IMG/VR virus record: IMGVR_UViG_3300043640_000318
Span: 1 to 62,444 of that record
Direction: 5' to 3' (one strand)
Length of the DNA: 62,444 nt
DNA from: a virus
Taxonomy: Duplodnaviria > Caudoviricetes
In this document: positions 9,456 through 17,614 of the stretch, one piece after another
Numbering within the stretch: the first letter of the stretch is position 1
Layout of the letters: each line of letters begins with the position of its first letter
Translations under genes and position numbers: made by a program
The notes under the pieces: generated by a model
Told to the model about the DNA's origin: nothing
The model's database searches: none
What the model saw: only the letters and a program-made list of their open reading frames with translations

Positions 9456-11543
9456 CTATGCACCGTGGCTGACGAAAAACTCCTCCGCCGCGCCGACGTC
9501 TCCGATGACCGGAGATCCCGGCAGGGCGCCGAGGATCTTGCGGCCATAGGGCTTGGTCCGTAGGCGGGGGTCCAGGATGGCCACGATCCCAAAGTCCTCG
9601 CGGTGGCGGATCAGGCGGCCGAAGGCCTGGATCAGGGTCAGCGCCATGATCGGCACCGACAGCCGGTTGAAAGCGGCCCAGTTGCCGTACTTCGCGTCAA
9701 TGATCTTCGAGCGGGCGGCGAACAGGATGTCGGTCGGGACCGGGAAGGGCAGCTTGTCGACGACCACCAGGCGACAGGTGCGGCCCTGGAAGTCGACTCC
9801 CACCATGAAGGACTTCAGTGCGAACAGCACGCTGTTCTCGTTGGTCTTGAAGACCTCGGCGAGGTGCTTGTTGGTGGCCTCGCCCTGCTTGAGGCACTGG
9901 ATGCCCATGCCCGACAGCGTCGAAGCCATCGAGGCGTAGGCCGCGTCCATCTCCCGGCGGCTGGTGTAGAGCAGCAGTGCGCCGCCACCGGCCTTGCGGA
10001 TGAGCTCCAGGGTGGTCGCCTGGGTGTAGGCCCTCCAGGCCTCCCTGGTGCTCCCGGCCGGGACCGGCGCGTCCTTCGGAGGCACGAACAGCCGGGCCTG
10101 GGTGCTGTAGTCGAAGGGAGTACCGACGTCCAGGGTCTTGGCGTAGCGCAGGCCCAGGGTGTCCAGCAGGTAGGACCAGTCATTGCCGACCGACATCGTG
10201 GCCGACATCAGCACCACCGGGATGGCCTTGGTGATCGGGCTGCCCAGGCTGTCCACCAGGGGAACTCCGGCGTTGTCCAGGACCGGGCGCTCGGTCTCCC
10301 AGAGAGTGCGGGCCAGGAACGGGCCCACGTCCAGCGGGGCGCTCTTGAGGACCAGGCTCTTGCCCCTGCGGCTAATTTCGGTCTCGATCCAGCGGACCGT
10401 GACGTGGGAGGCCTCCTCGACGGAGAGCCGGGCGTCGGGGAAGGGGGTGAAGACGAAGGCCTCGACCCGGGTGATGTAGTCCTGGATCCGGCGGGTCAGG
10501 CGCAGCTTGCGCAGGTAGGACTTGAAGTCCATGGCGGCGTCCACCGGCACCGCGTCCAGGGCCTCCCCGAGAGAGCCCAGGTTGACCACCAGGGATCCCA
10601 GCACCTGCTCGTGCTCCATGATCCAGCCCTGGGTGATCTGCACGGCGTCCCCGTTGGTGTCCGGGTCGCCCAGCTCCATCCACAGCTCCATCACCGAGGT
10701 GGCCACGGCGTCACCGGCGGCCTCGGCGGCCTTCGCCGCGCCCATCGAGAAGGCGAAGTTCTTGATCTCCTCGGCGAGGCGGCTGATGGCCCCCTGGCGG
10801 ATGGTGTCCCCGAGCTGGCCGGTGGCGATCTCACCGAGCTCGTGCGCCTCGTCGATGATCACCATGTCGTAGTCGCCCAGGATGGCGATGGCGCCCTCGG
10901 TGGTGCCCCGGAGCATGAGGTCGATCATCAGCATCGAGGTGTTGGTGACGACGATCTGAGCCTTGGCGGCCTTGGCCTTGGCCAGCTCCGAGTGGCAGGC
11001 GCCCATCTTGGCCACCGGGCAGTCGCCGGGGCCGATGCAGTCGACCGTACTGGAGGACATCCGCATCCAGTCGAAGTCGGTGATGGGGGTGGTGAAGTGC
11101 TCGCGGTCTCCGGAGTGGTCCTCGTCGGCGCTGAGCTCGGCGAGCACGTCCGGCAGGCTGGGGGTCTCCTGCGGGTTGGTCTGGCCGCCCTTCTCTCCGC
11201 AGAAGTAGTTCGCGCGGCCCTTAAGGACGGCCCACTCGAAGGGCACTCCGAGGTGCTGCTGGAGGAAGGGCAGGTCCTTGGTCGCGTACTGCTCCTGGAG
11301 GGCCTTGGTGGCGGTCACGATGAGCACCCGCATGCCGGACAGGATCGCGGGGATGAGGCCCGCGATGGACTTGCCGGTGCCGCATCCGGCCTGCACGACC
11401 AGCTGGCCCTCAGCCCGCTCGATCAGCTCCTCGATGGCGAGTGCCAGACGCTGCTGCTGGGGGCGGGGGGTGTACCCGGGGAGGTTGGCCGCCAGGATCA
11501 CCTCTGCGGCGGAAAAGCTCTTCGGTGCGGTGGCGATGGTCAT
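9456..11543 (-). CDS. dinG: DinG/XPD-family ATP-dependent helicase
   Basis: YTPRPQQ Q-motif, AGCGTGKS, LKGRANYFC with Fe-S-type Cys, IIDEAH, MSAT, GVDFQG, KLPF, QAFGRLIR. Confidence 0.92.
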   Translation of the reverse strand: MTIATAPKSFSAAEVILAANLPGYTPRPQQQRLALAIEELIERAEGQLVVQAGCGTGKSIAGLIPAILSGMRVLIVTATKALQEQYATKDLPFLQQHLGVPFEWAVLKGRANYFCGEKGGQTNPQETPSLPDVLAELSADEDHSGDREHFTTPITDFDWMRMSSSTVDCIGPGDCPVAKMGACHSELAKAKAAKAQIVVTNTSMLMIDLMLRGTTEGAIAILGDYDMVIIDEAHELGEIATGQLGDTIRQGAISRLAEEIKNFAFSMGAAKAAEAAGDAVATSVMELWMELGDPDTNGDAVQITQGWIMEHEQVLGSLVVNLGSLGEALDAVPVDAAMDFKSYLRKLRLTRRIQDYITRVEAFVFTPFPDARLSVEEASHVTVRWIETEISRRGKSLVLKSAPLDVGPFLARTLWETERPVLDNAGVPLVDSLGSPITKAIPVVLMSATMSVGNDWSYLLDTLGLRYAKTLDVGTPFDYSTQARLFVPPKDAPVPAGSTREAWRAYTQATTLELIRKAGGGALLLYTSRREMDAAYASMASTLSGMGIQCLKQGEATNKHLAEVFKTNENSVLFALKSFMVGVDFQGRTCRLVVVDKLPFPVPTDILFAARSKIIDAKYGNWAAFNRLSVPIMALTLIQAFGRLIRHREDFGIVAILDPRLRTKPYGRKILGALPGSPVIGDVGAAEEFFVSHGA

Positions 11544-11757
11544 CGTGCTCCGTCCATTCCGTTCTTCTGTGGCGGTGTCCAGCCTACACCGAGGTTCCTT
11601 GGCGGCGCTACCCGTCTAAGAAATATTTATTTTCTCCAGAGTGTGGATAGGACGGTCGTGGCAATTCCTGGAAAGTAACGCCACGTCTATAGAAATTGGA
11701 CTGGTCATCTGAACAATGGGTAGAGTGCTGCCAAGGATCCTACGAGAGGAGGCGCCC

Positions 11758-12060
11758 ATGTCTTTGGACCAGATAGTTGCGGGGATCATGCGTGAGGCGC
11801 TGGCCCTGGAGCGAGGCCTGCACGACGCGGGACCTTGGTTCGTCGGTACCTATGACCGTTCGGTGCTCATTCCTGTCGAGCGGCGCATCGAAGAGGAAGT
11901 CCGCCGCATTCTGTTCGTCGGCGAGCTCAGCAAGATGACCGACTTCCCCGAGCTCGTTCTGTACTGCCGGAACGATCTCGTCTCTTATCGGGATGGGATG
12001 GCCATTCCGCCGGGCACATTCATGTGGAACATGGACTTCTCAGCAGACATTCTGGCCTAA
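11758..12060 (+). CDS. hypothetical protein
   Basis: ATG after RBS GAGGAGG. Confidence 0.7.
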   Translation: MSLDQIVAGIMREALALERGLHDAGPWFVGTYDRSVLIPVERRIEEEVRRILFVGELSKMTDFPELVLYCRNDLVSYRDGMAIPPGTFMWNMDFSADILA

Positions 12061-12069
12061 AGGACGTCT

Positions 12070-13623
12070 ATGTACTCCAGCCCCACGGGCCTCTATGAGT
12101 TCCAGGCCGACGGGGTCAGTGTGGCTTACCTGAACCGCAACGTGCTTGCGGCTTTCGACACCGGCCTCGGTAAGACCCATGTCGCGATGGCTCTGGCCGC
12201 CATGCTCTTCGAGGACGACGAGATCGACCTGTGCCTGGTGGTGGCGGAGAAGAACAAGATCCGCGAGTGGCACCAGGACTTCCGCGACTTCACCCGGATG
12301 GACTCTGTGATCTATCACGGGCCCGACCGGGTGAAGCGCGTCTCCAGCGGAGGAACCGGTGGTCCAGGTCGGCCCCGGGTCATCATCTCGACCTACGAGA
12401 CCATCCGCAACGACTGCGCGACCTTCCTCGGGCCAAGGAAGGTCAGGTCCGGCCCGTTCATGGAGCACCTCGACGGCCAGCGTGTCCTGGTGGTCTACGA
12501 CGAGCTCACCAAGCTGGCCACCCGGCGCAGCGCGCTCTACAAGGCGCACGAGTTCATGCTGAAGGAGCTGCGCCGGGCCGATCCCGGCCGGGTGCTCGGG
12601 CTCACCGCCAACCCGTTGACGACGGGCTGGGAGTCGACGTTCAACATGCTGCGGCTGGTCGATCCAGAGCGTATGCCGCCGGTCGGGGTGTTCAACGACA
12701 CCTATGTGCGCTCCCGGGATGACTATAGGCGTCCATATTATAACGACAAGGCCATTCCTCACTTTGTCGCTCTTTGCAGGCCTCTGATCATTCGTAAGCG
12801 CAAGACCGACCCCGACGTCATCGAGCAGTTCCCGAAAAAGGTCGAAGAAGTCGAAGTCATAGAAATGGCCGAAGACCAGCGAAAAATATACAAGCTGATC
12901 GAAGGTTTCGCCTGGGACGACAACGGCGACTACGTCGACATCCCCGGTCTGTGGACGGTGCTGCGCCAGTTCGCCGGTCACCCGGCCGCTCTGGTGGCGG
13001 CGGCCGAGAACGGCGGCTCAGAGCTCGCGTTGCAGCTCGTACAGGGCCTGGGAGTCCTGACCCTGAAGAAGACCTCCTCCGCCAAGACCCAGGCCCTCAT
13101 AGCGCTGCTGAGGAAGGTCAGTGACCAGGGCGACAAGGCACTGGTGTTCAGCTTCTTCGGCCAGACCGTACTGCCGGTACTGGCGGAAGAGCTGAGGCGT
13201 GAGCACTTCAAGGTGTTCGTCCATCACGGAGGGATGACCGAACGCGAGCAGTTCGAGATCCGGCAGGAGTTCAGGGCCTACGCCGGGCCCGCCGTCCTGC
13301 TGAGCTCGGACGCCGGGGCACGGGGCATCAACCTCCCCGAGGCCACCTACGTGATCGAGTACGAGAGCGCCCTAAGCTACTTCCTGCGCGACCAACGCTT
13401 CGGTAGGTCTCATCGGATCGACTCGCGAGCACCCTCCATCACCTGCACCACCATGGTGCTGGAGGGCACGCTCGAACGGGGCATCCTCGACATGGCCCTG
13501 AGCAGGAACGCCCAGCAGGATCAGCTTCTCGGGGACGTCGGCGCAGAGGGCTTCCTCACCGCCGTCGACCGGCGCCGAATGCTCAGCATCGCCCGAGCAC
13601 GCAAGAAGAACCGCGACACCTAA
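12070..13623 (+). CDS. SNF2-family helicase/ATPase
   Basis: LYEFQ, FDTGLGKT, ISTYETIR, VYDELT, LTANP, GARGINL, QRFGRSHR. Confidence 0.88.
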   Translation: MYSSPTGLYEFQADGVSVAYLNRNVLAAFDTGLGKTHVAMALAAMLFEDDEIDLCLVVAEKNKIREWHQDFRDFTRMDSVIYHGPDRVKRVSSGGTGGPGRPRVIISTYETIRNDCATFLGPRKVRSGPFMEHLDGQRVLVVYDELTKLATRRSALYKAHEFMLKELRRADPGRVLGLTANPLTTGWESTFNMLRLVDPERMPPVGVFNDTYVRSRDDYRRPYYNDKAIPHFVALCRPLIIRKRKTDPDVIEQFPKKVEEVEVIEMAEDQRKIYKLIEGFAWDDNGDYVDIPGLWTVLRQFAGHPAALVAAAENGGSELALQLVQGLGVLTLKKTSSAKTQALIALLRKVSDQGDKALVFSFFGQTVLPVLAEELRREHFKVFVHHGGMTEREQFEIRQEFRAYAGPAVLLSSDAGARGINLPEATYVIEYESALSYFLRDQRFGRSHRIDSRAPSITCTTMVLEGTLERGILDMALSRNAQQDQLLGDVGAEGFLTAVDRRRMLSIARARKKNRDT

Positions 13624-13636
13624 CCAGGAGGCACCC

Positions 13637-13975
13637 ATGCGCATCGTCGAGAAGCTCTGCCAGCAGATCGCCGCCGTCATCGAGAAGCTGCCGGACCACA
13701 TGCTTCCGGTGGACTACGACGTCTCCCTCGCCATGGTCCCCGTTCAGGACCCCAGCGGGATGCAGTCCATGCAGGCGACCCCCGTGCTGATCTTCGCCAT
13801 TCCCGCCATGGAGCTCGGCAAGAAGGTCATCACCACCACCCCCGTCGGCAACCTGTTCGCCACCGACGACGAGATCGAGGCTGCGGTCCGCGACATCCTC
13901 GATGCCATGTTCAACGCCAAGCGCCAGGCCGCAGCGAAGGTGATCCAGCAGGCGAACGGACTACTCCCCCGATGA
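13637..13975 (+). CDS. hypothetical protein
   Basis: RBS AGGAGG; ATGA-coupled to next gene. Confidence 0.75.
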   Translation: MRIVEKLCQQIAAVIEKLPDHMLPVDYDVSLAMVPVQDPSGMQSMQATPVLIFAIPAMELGKKVITTTPVGNLFATDDEIEAAVRDILDAMFNAKRQAAAKVIQQANGLLPR

Positions 13976-14244
13976 GCTCCGAGGAGAAGCGTTGCTCGCT
14001 CACCGAGCTGCTGGAGAGGGACTGCCACCACTGCCGGACCCCCGTGGCGGAGGCAGTCCCACTCGTCCCTGTGGTCCCGCACTTCGCCCCGAACTTCCAC
14101 CGTGCCGACAAGAGCGGCCCGTGGTTCCCGGCCGGGTACGGAGGTGAGTGCTCGGAGTGCGGCTCCCACTTCGAGGAAAACGACGTCATCCAGGCCGACG
14201 GCTCCGGCGGCTGGAGAGCGAGGGAGTGCTGTGGGGGCGGTTGA
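13972..14244 (+). CDS. small Cys-rich (Zn-binding) protein
   Basis: CHHC, CSECG, ECC; ATGA overlap. Confidence 0.65.
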   Translation: MSSEEKRCSLTELLERDCHHCRTPVAEAVPLVPVVPHFAPNFHRADKSGPWFPAGYGGECSECGSHFEENDVIQADGSGGWRARECCGGG

Positions 14245-14629
14245 CCGGCTGCGCGAGCTGCTGGACCGGCAGGTCTACCAGCCGGGTGAATGGTGCTGCG
14301 CCTATGGAGGTCTCATCTGGGAGGGCACCGTCGCCCGGATCTGTGACAAACAGCGGGGCCATACCGATGATCACGACTACCGGGGCATGTCCTTCATGGA
14401 CGCGAAGCCACTGGACATATGCAGCCACTGTGACCGGCAGGTGCGCCCTCAGGAAGCCAGTATCCAGCTCTTCGATCTCCACGTCCCCCTGTGCCATCCG
14501 AGCGATCCCCTGCTGCCGGACTGCTACCGGCGGGTGACGATCTACAAGGAACCTTTGGGAGCCCTGCGGCGCCTGGAAGATCAACCTCCCGGGATAACCG
14601 CCATCCAGCCGGGTACGGCTCTGACATGA
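14231..14629 (+). CDS. Cys/His-rich hypothetical protein
   Basis: GTG after AGGGAG; CD..RGH...H, CSHC, LCHP..CYR. Confidence 0.55.
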   Translation: MGAVDRLRELLDRQVYQPGEWCCAYGGLIWEGTVARICDKQRGHTDDHDYRGMSFMDAKPLDICSHCDRQVRPQEASIQLFDLHVPLCHPSDPLLPDCYRRVTIYKEPLGALRRLEDQPPGITAIQPGTALT

Positions 14630-14697
14630 GCATCTATGGCATTTTGATCATTATCGTGGTCATCCTCCTGGTCCTATTTGTCATTGGACGACTTTGA
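14626..14697 (+). CDS. 23-aa single-TM membrane peptide
   Basis: MSIYGILIIIVVILLVLFVIGRL; ATGA overlap with upstream stop. Confidence 0.55.
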   Translation: MSIYGILIIIVVILLVLFVIGRL

Positions 14698-14701
14698 GGG
14701 C

Positions 14702-14731
14702 TTGCCAAGGTTTCTGAGGCTGTGATAGCTT
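14702..14731 (+). promoter_or_regulatory. sigma70/HrdB-like promoter of the RNA cluster
   Basis: TTGCCA-N18-TAGCTT about 20 nt before the first tRNA-like element. Confidence 0.5.
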
Positions 14732-14752
14732 CCAGGTGTTGGGCAGCAAGGA

Positions 14753-14818
14753 CACAGAAGTGGTGTACGGGCACCCTCCGTCGAGGAGGTGGACCGGGTT
14801 CGATTCCCGGGTCTGTGG
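14753..14818 (+). ncRNA. tRNA-like RNA with truncated anticodon arm (loop GUCGA)
   Basis: CACAGA/TCTGTG acceptor, GGTG/CACC D-stem, CTCC-GTCGA-GGAG, T-arm CCGGG-TTCGATT-CCCGG. Confidence 0.6.
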
Positions 14819-14924
14819 AAAGCGGAAAGCAGTGAAATGGGCTGGCAGGCCCGGGAAGCTCGAAGCCGCTGGTGAAGGGAACGGCCTGCCAGCCATGTCT
14901 CCCAGATCTCCTTGCTCCCCGCGA

Positions 14925-14997
14925 ATCTCGGTAGCTCAATTGGTAGAGCACCCGTCTCCAAAGCGGGTTGTTCCAGGTTCGAGTCCTGGCCGGGGTG
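14925..14997 (+). tRNA. trnW: tRNA-Trp(CCA)
   Basis: Cloverleaf; CCCGT-CTCCAAA-GCGGG; GGTTCGAGTCC. Confidence 0.9.
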
Positions 14998-15208
14998 CGT
15001 AGGAACAGGATCATGCCTATGCCCTCACGGGTACGCACCCTGCGATGGCCCAACCCTGAACGGCATGGGGGGCGAGCCATCGGCCTCTGGCCCGGAGGTG
15101 TCTAGAAAAACGGTCCTTGCGCCGACTCGCGAGGAGGGCACGGTAGGTCGATGGTCAGGGCGTGCACCTCCACAAGCGCACGCCAGCAGCTGCTCAGCGA
15201 TCTATATC

Positions 15209-15295
15209 AGTGCGGTAGCTCAATGTAGAGCCCTTATGGAGCCGGTGTGGACCGGTAGGCTACGGGAGATCCAGGTTCGTACCCTGGTCGCACGC
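15209..15295 (+). ncRNA. tRNA-like RNA with extended anticodon arm
   Basis: GTGCGG/TCGCAC acceptor, D-arm GCTCAATGTAGAGC, T-arm CCAGG-TTCGTAC-CCTGG; anticodon region about 35 nt, capped by CCGGT-GTGG-ACCGG. Confidence 0.65.
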
Positions 15296-15412
15296 GGTTG
15301 GTAGGTAACGCTCTTTCTGGACCCGGCGGATGTGCACTGAAACCGGGCGAGGAAGCAGTCGAACCCCGCCTTGATGTCGCTCGGTCGGCTGTTCGCAGAC
15401 TGGGATGTCATC

Positions 15413-15482
15413 AGCGTCATAGCTCAATGGGCAGAGCTCCCACCACAATGGGTGAACCCGGGTTCGAATCCCGGTGGCGCAC
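15413..15482 (+). ncRNA. tRNA-like RNA (Val CAC-like) with 6-nt anticodon loop
   Basis: GCGTCA/TGGCGC, D-arm GCTCAATGGGCAGAGC, CCCA-CCACAA-TGGG, T-arm CCGGG-TTCGAAT-CCCGG. Confidence 0.65.
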
Positions 15483-15603
15483 GGTTGGAAGGGCAAGAGC
15501 CCCTGCAAGGTCGGTGGAGGTGCACCGAACCCGGCGGCGGAGGGGAAGGAACCCGACCTAGGCATCATGGGCTCCTGCGCGGGGCGCAGAAGTTCATGGT
15601 GGC

Positions 15604-15674
15604 AGCGAGATAGCTCATCAGGTCAGAGCACCCTCGGAAGGGGGAGGTGCCGGGTTCGAGTCCCGGTCTCGCAC
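15604..15674 (+). ncRNA. tRNA-like RNA with GGAA tetraloop in place of the anticodon loop
   Basis: GCGAGA/TCTCGC, D-arm GCTCATCAGGTCAGAGC, CCCTC-GGAA-GGGGG, T-arm CCGGG-TTCGAGT-CCCGG. Confidence 0.65.
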
Positions 15675-15793
15675 GCAGGGACAAGCCCTTCGGGGATGTG
15701 TCCTTCTTGATCCGAACCTGGGTCGCCCTTGAGCGCTTCTGCTCTCTGGGGGGAGAGGTAGTGGCCGCTCGGGCGGCTCAGGTTCGGATGCAA

Positions 15794-15866
15794 GCCTTTT
15801 AGGCTCTCGTGGGAGAGCGCCCGGCTGAAAACCGGGAGTGGCCTGGTTCGACTCCAGGGAGGGGCA
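15794..15866 (+). tRNA. trnF: tRNA-Phe(GAA)
   Basis: CCCGG-CTGAAAA-CCGGG; T-arm CCTGG-TTCGACT-CCAGG; GU-rich acceptor stem. Confidence 0.82.
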
Positions 15867-16052
15867 CGGGGGTAGCGTTCACGGTCTCAGAAATCTGAGT
15901 CGTGCGCTCGAAAGGTACAGTATGCGAATCCGATCCTGGATCACTTGCTCGGCTCGTCCTAGGAAACAGGCCGGTCCAGCCCAGAGGAGGAAGGCGGTGC
16001 CGAGGCCTTAGTCAGGGACTGGCGACTACCCTGAGCCCGCCCGATTTGATCT

Positions 16053-16124
16053 GCTGCACTAGCTCAATGGATAGAGCACCGGTTTACGGAACCGGGTGTC
16101 TGGGTTCGACTCCTGGGTGTAGCG
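16053..16124 (+). tRNA. trnR: tRNA-Arg(ACG)
   Basis: Cloverleaf; CCGGT-TTACGGA-ACCGG. Confidence 0.9.
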
Positions 16125-16250
16125 CGAGAGCTAGGGCCATGATCCGGATCGCGGCCCTTGGACCAGTCGTCCGACCCTCCTCGTCATTCTAGATTCTGAC
16201 GCTGGCAGGGCGGCCCTGGAAGGTCTTGGGAAACCGAGCCGCTCTCCCAA

Positions 16251-16324
16251 TGTCTGGTAGCTCAGTTGGTCAGAGCGCCGTCCTGATAAGACGGAGGTCG
16301 CTGGTTCGAACCCAGCTCAGACAA
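16251..16324 (+). tRNA. trnI: tRNA-Ile(GAT)
   Basis: Cloverleaf; CCGTC-CTGATAA-GACGG. Confidence 0.92.
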
Positions 16325-16325
16325 C

Positions 16326-16397
16326 GGCGCGGTTTCTCGTCGGACGGGCTTCAGCCTGCAAAGCTGATTGACTCGGGTTCGACTCCCGGCTGCGCTT
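16326..16397 (+). tRNA. trnC: tRNA-Cys(GCA)
   Basis: TCAGC-CTGCAAA-GCTGA, GGCGCGG/CTGCGCT acceptor, U discriminator; atypical D-arm. Confidence 0.8.
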
Positions 16398-16501
16398 CGA
16401 CAAATAAATATCTTTGCTCGGATTAACCCCAGGATGTGCCCGTTAGCCTGGTCACTTGGTCCGAGCGTCGGCGGGGTGGCGCACGCCCGTGGTCGGCACA
16501 A

Positions 16502-16574
16502 GGGCCTGTAGCTCCAATGGAAGAGCGCCTCTTTTGCAAGGAGGAAGTTCTCGGTTCGAATCCGAGTGGGTCCA
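16502..16574 (+). tRNA. trnA: tRNA-Ala(TGC)
   Basis: CCTCT-TTTGCAA-GGAGG; G3:U70 identity pair present. Confidence 0.92.
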
Positions 16575-16598
16575 CGGCGACAGTGCGCACTGTCGCAA

Positions 16599-16698
16599 GT
16601 CGAGACATGATCCGGTTCGACTCCGGTCGTGGGAAGCAGTAAGGGTGGCCACCCGACCTGTAGAGGGTTCGATTCCCGATAGGCGTCCATGTCTCGAC
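16599..16698 (+). ncRNA. unknown 100-nt RNA with two T-loop hairpins
   Basis: Closing helix GTCGAGACATG/CATGTCTCGAC; CCGG-TTCGACT-CCGG and GGG-TTCGATT-CCC inside. Confidence 0.6.
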
Positions 16699-16701
16699 GT
16701 T

Positions 16702-16773
16702 GCCGTGTTGGTCTAGTGGAATGACGCCTGATTCTCAGTCAGGAGATCGCGGGTTCGATCCCCGCACACGGTA
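16702..16773 (+). tRNA. trnE: tRNA-Glu(CTC)
   Basis: Cloverleaf; CCTGA-TTCTCAG-TCAGG. Confidence 0.9.
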
Positions 16774-17243
16774 CGGCAGGAGTGCTCCAGAACCCTTACC
16801 TGGAGCTCTGGCTCATGCGAGCCGGGATGCGGAAGCGTACGCGTTGCGGAGAAACGCATCCCGGGGTGGCCTAGGCCGTAGTAGCGGCACCTGCACTCTT
16901 TTCTGAACGCCGCACCTTGACCGAAAGGCGATCATGCCCCCGCGCAACCCCTGCCCCCTGCGCTGTTCGGGAGATGACCCCTGCGGCCTCGGCAACGGTC
17001 ACACTGCCGAGTGTGCCTGCGGTAGCCCCATCGCCTGCGGCTGCGCGCCGCTCCTCCAGCCTGCTGAAGACTGACCTGCCTCAGTGCCCTCGCGCTGGCC
17101 TCGTAGGTGCGAGATACCGCCTGCGCGCTGGCCTGGTAAACGCGACACGGCTTAGCTGTAATGCCTGCGCATGGGCTTCGTGATGCGACGTCACATCGCA
17201 CGTACATGTGACTGCAACGCATGCGACAGATGTCGATGGACCA

Positions 17244-17483
17244 TCAGTCCTCGACGACGGGCACATCTCCACTGAGGCTGAGGGAGACGAACTCGCCCAT
17301 GGCGCCGTTGCGCGGGATCTGGGTGCGGTAGCCGGACATGCTGACCCTCTCCAAGCCCATGTCCTTGGCGAGATCGAGCACGGCGGCGGCGTCCTCCAGG
17401 TACTTTTCGTTCGAGGACTTCAGCTCGGCCTCCTGCCTCTCGTCGAGTCCATCCGTGACGACAACATTTGCACTCCAGGTCAT
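17244..17483 (-). CDS. hypothetical protein
   Basis: ATG (MTWSANV) after RBS GAGAGGA. Confidence 0.65.
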   Translation of the reverse strand: MTWSANVVVTDGLDERQEAELKSSNEKYLEDAAAVLDLAKDMGLERVSMSGYRTQIPRNGAMGEFVSLSLSGDVPVVED

Positions 17484-17614
17484 GACGATTCCTCTCAAAA
17501 AGTAAATGCCTGCACGGAGGCCTTGTATCTATGGCACACGTGACAAGTGGACGTAGAGAGTAATACTTGCGCAGGGGTCTTTCCTGTGACCTGCGACCCC
17601 CTCCACAGACTCGC

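Noticed and set aside
8484-9456. Holin adjacent to the endolysin
   Set aside because: No transmembrane ORF nearby; the small TM peptides at 14626 and 60783 cannot be assigned as holins
9456-11543. DinG as type IV CRISPR CasDinG
   Set aside because: No csf/cas6 genes or array in the window
15345-15362. AGGAAGCAG as SRP RNA domain IV
   Set aside because: The matching CAGG strand and GNRA-capped helix are absent
16455-16468. GGTCCGA as a Y RNA Ro-binding strand
   Set aside because: No TTGACC-type partner strand within the domain
14634-16995. ORF-track proteins across the RNA cluster
   Set aside because: They overlap tRNAs and helices and lack RBS or coding bias
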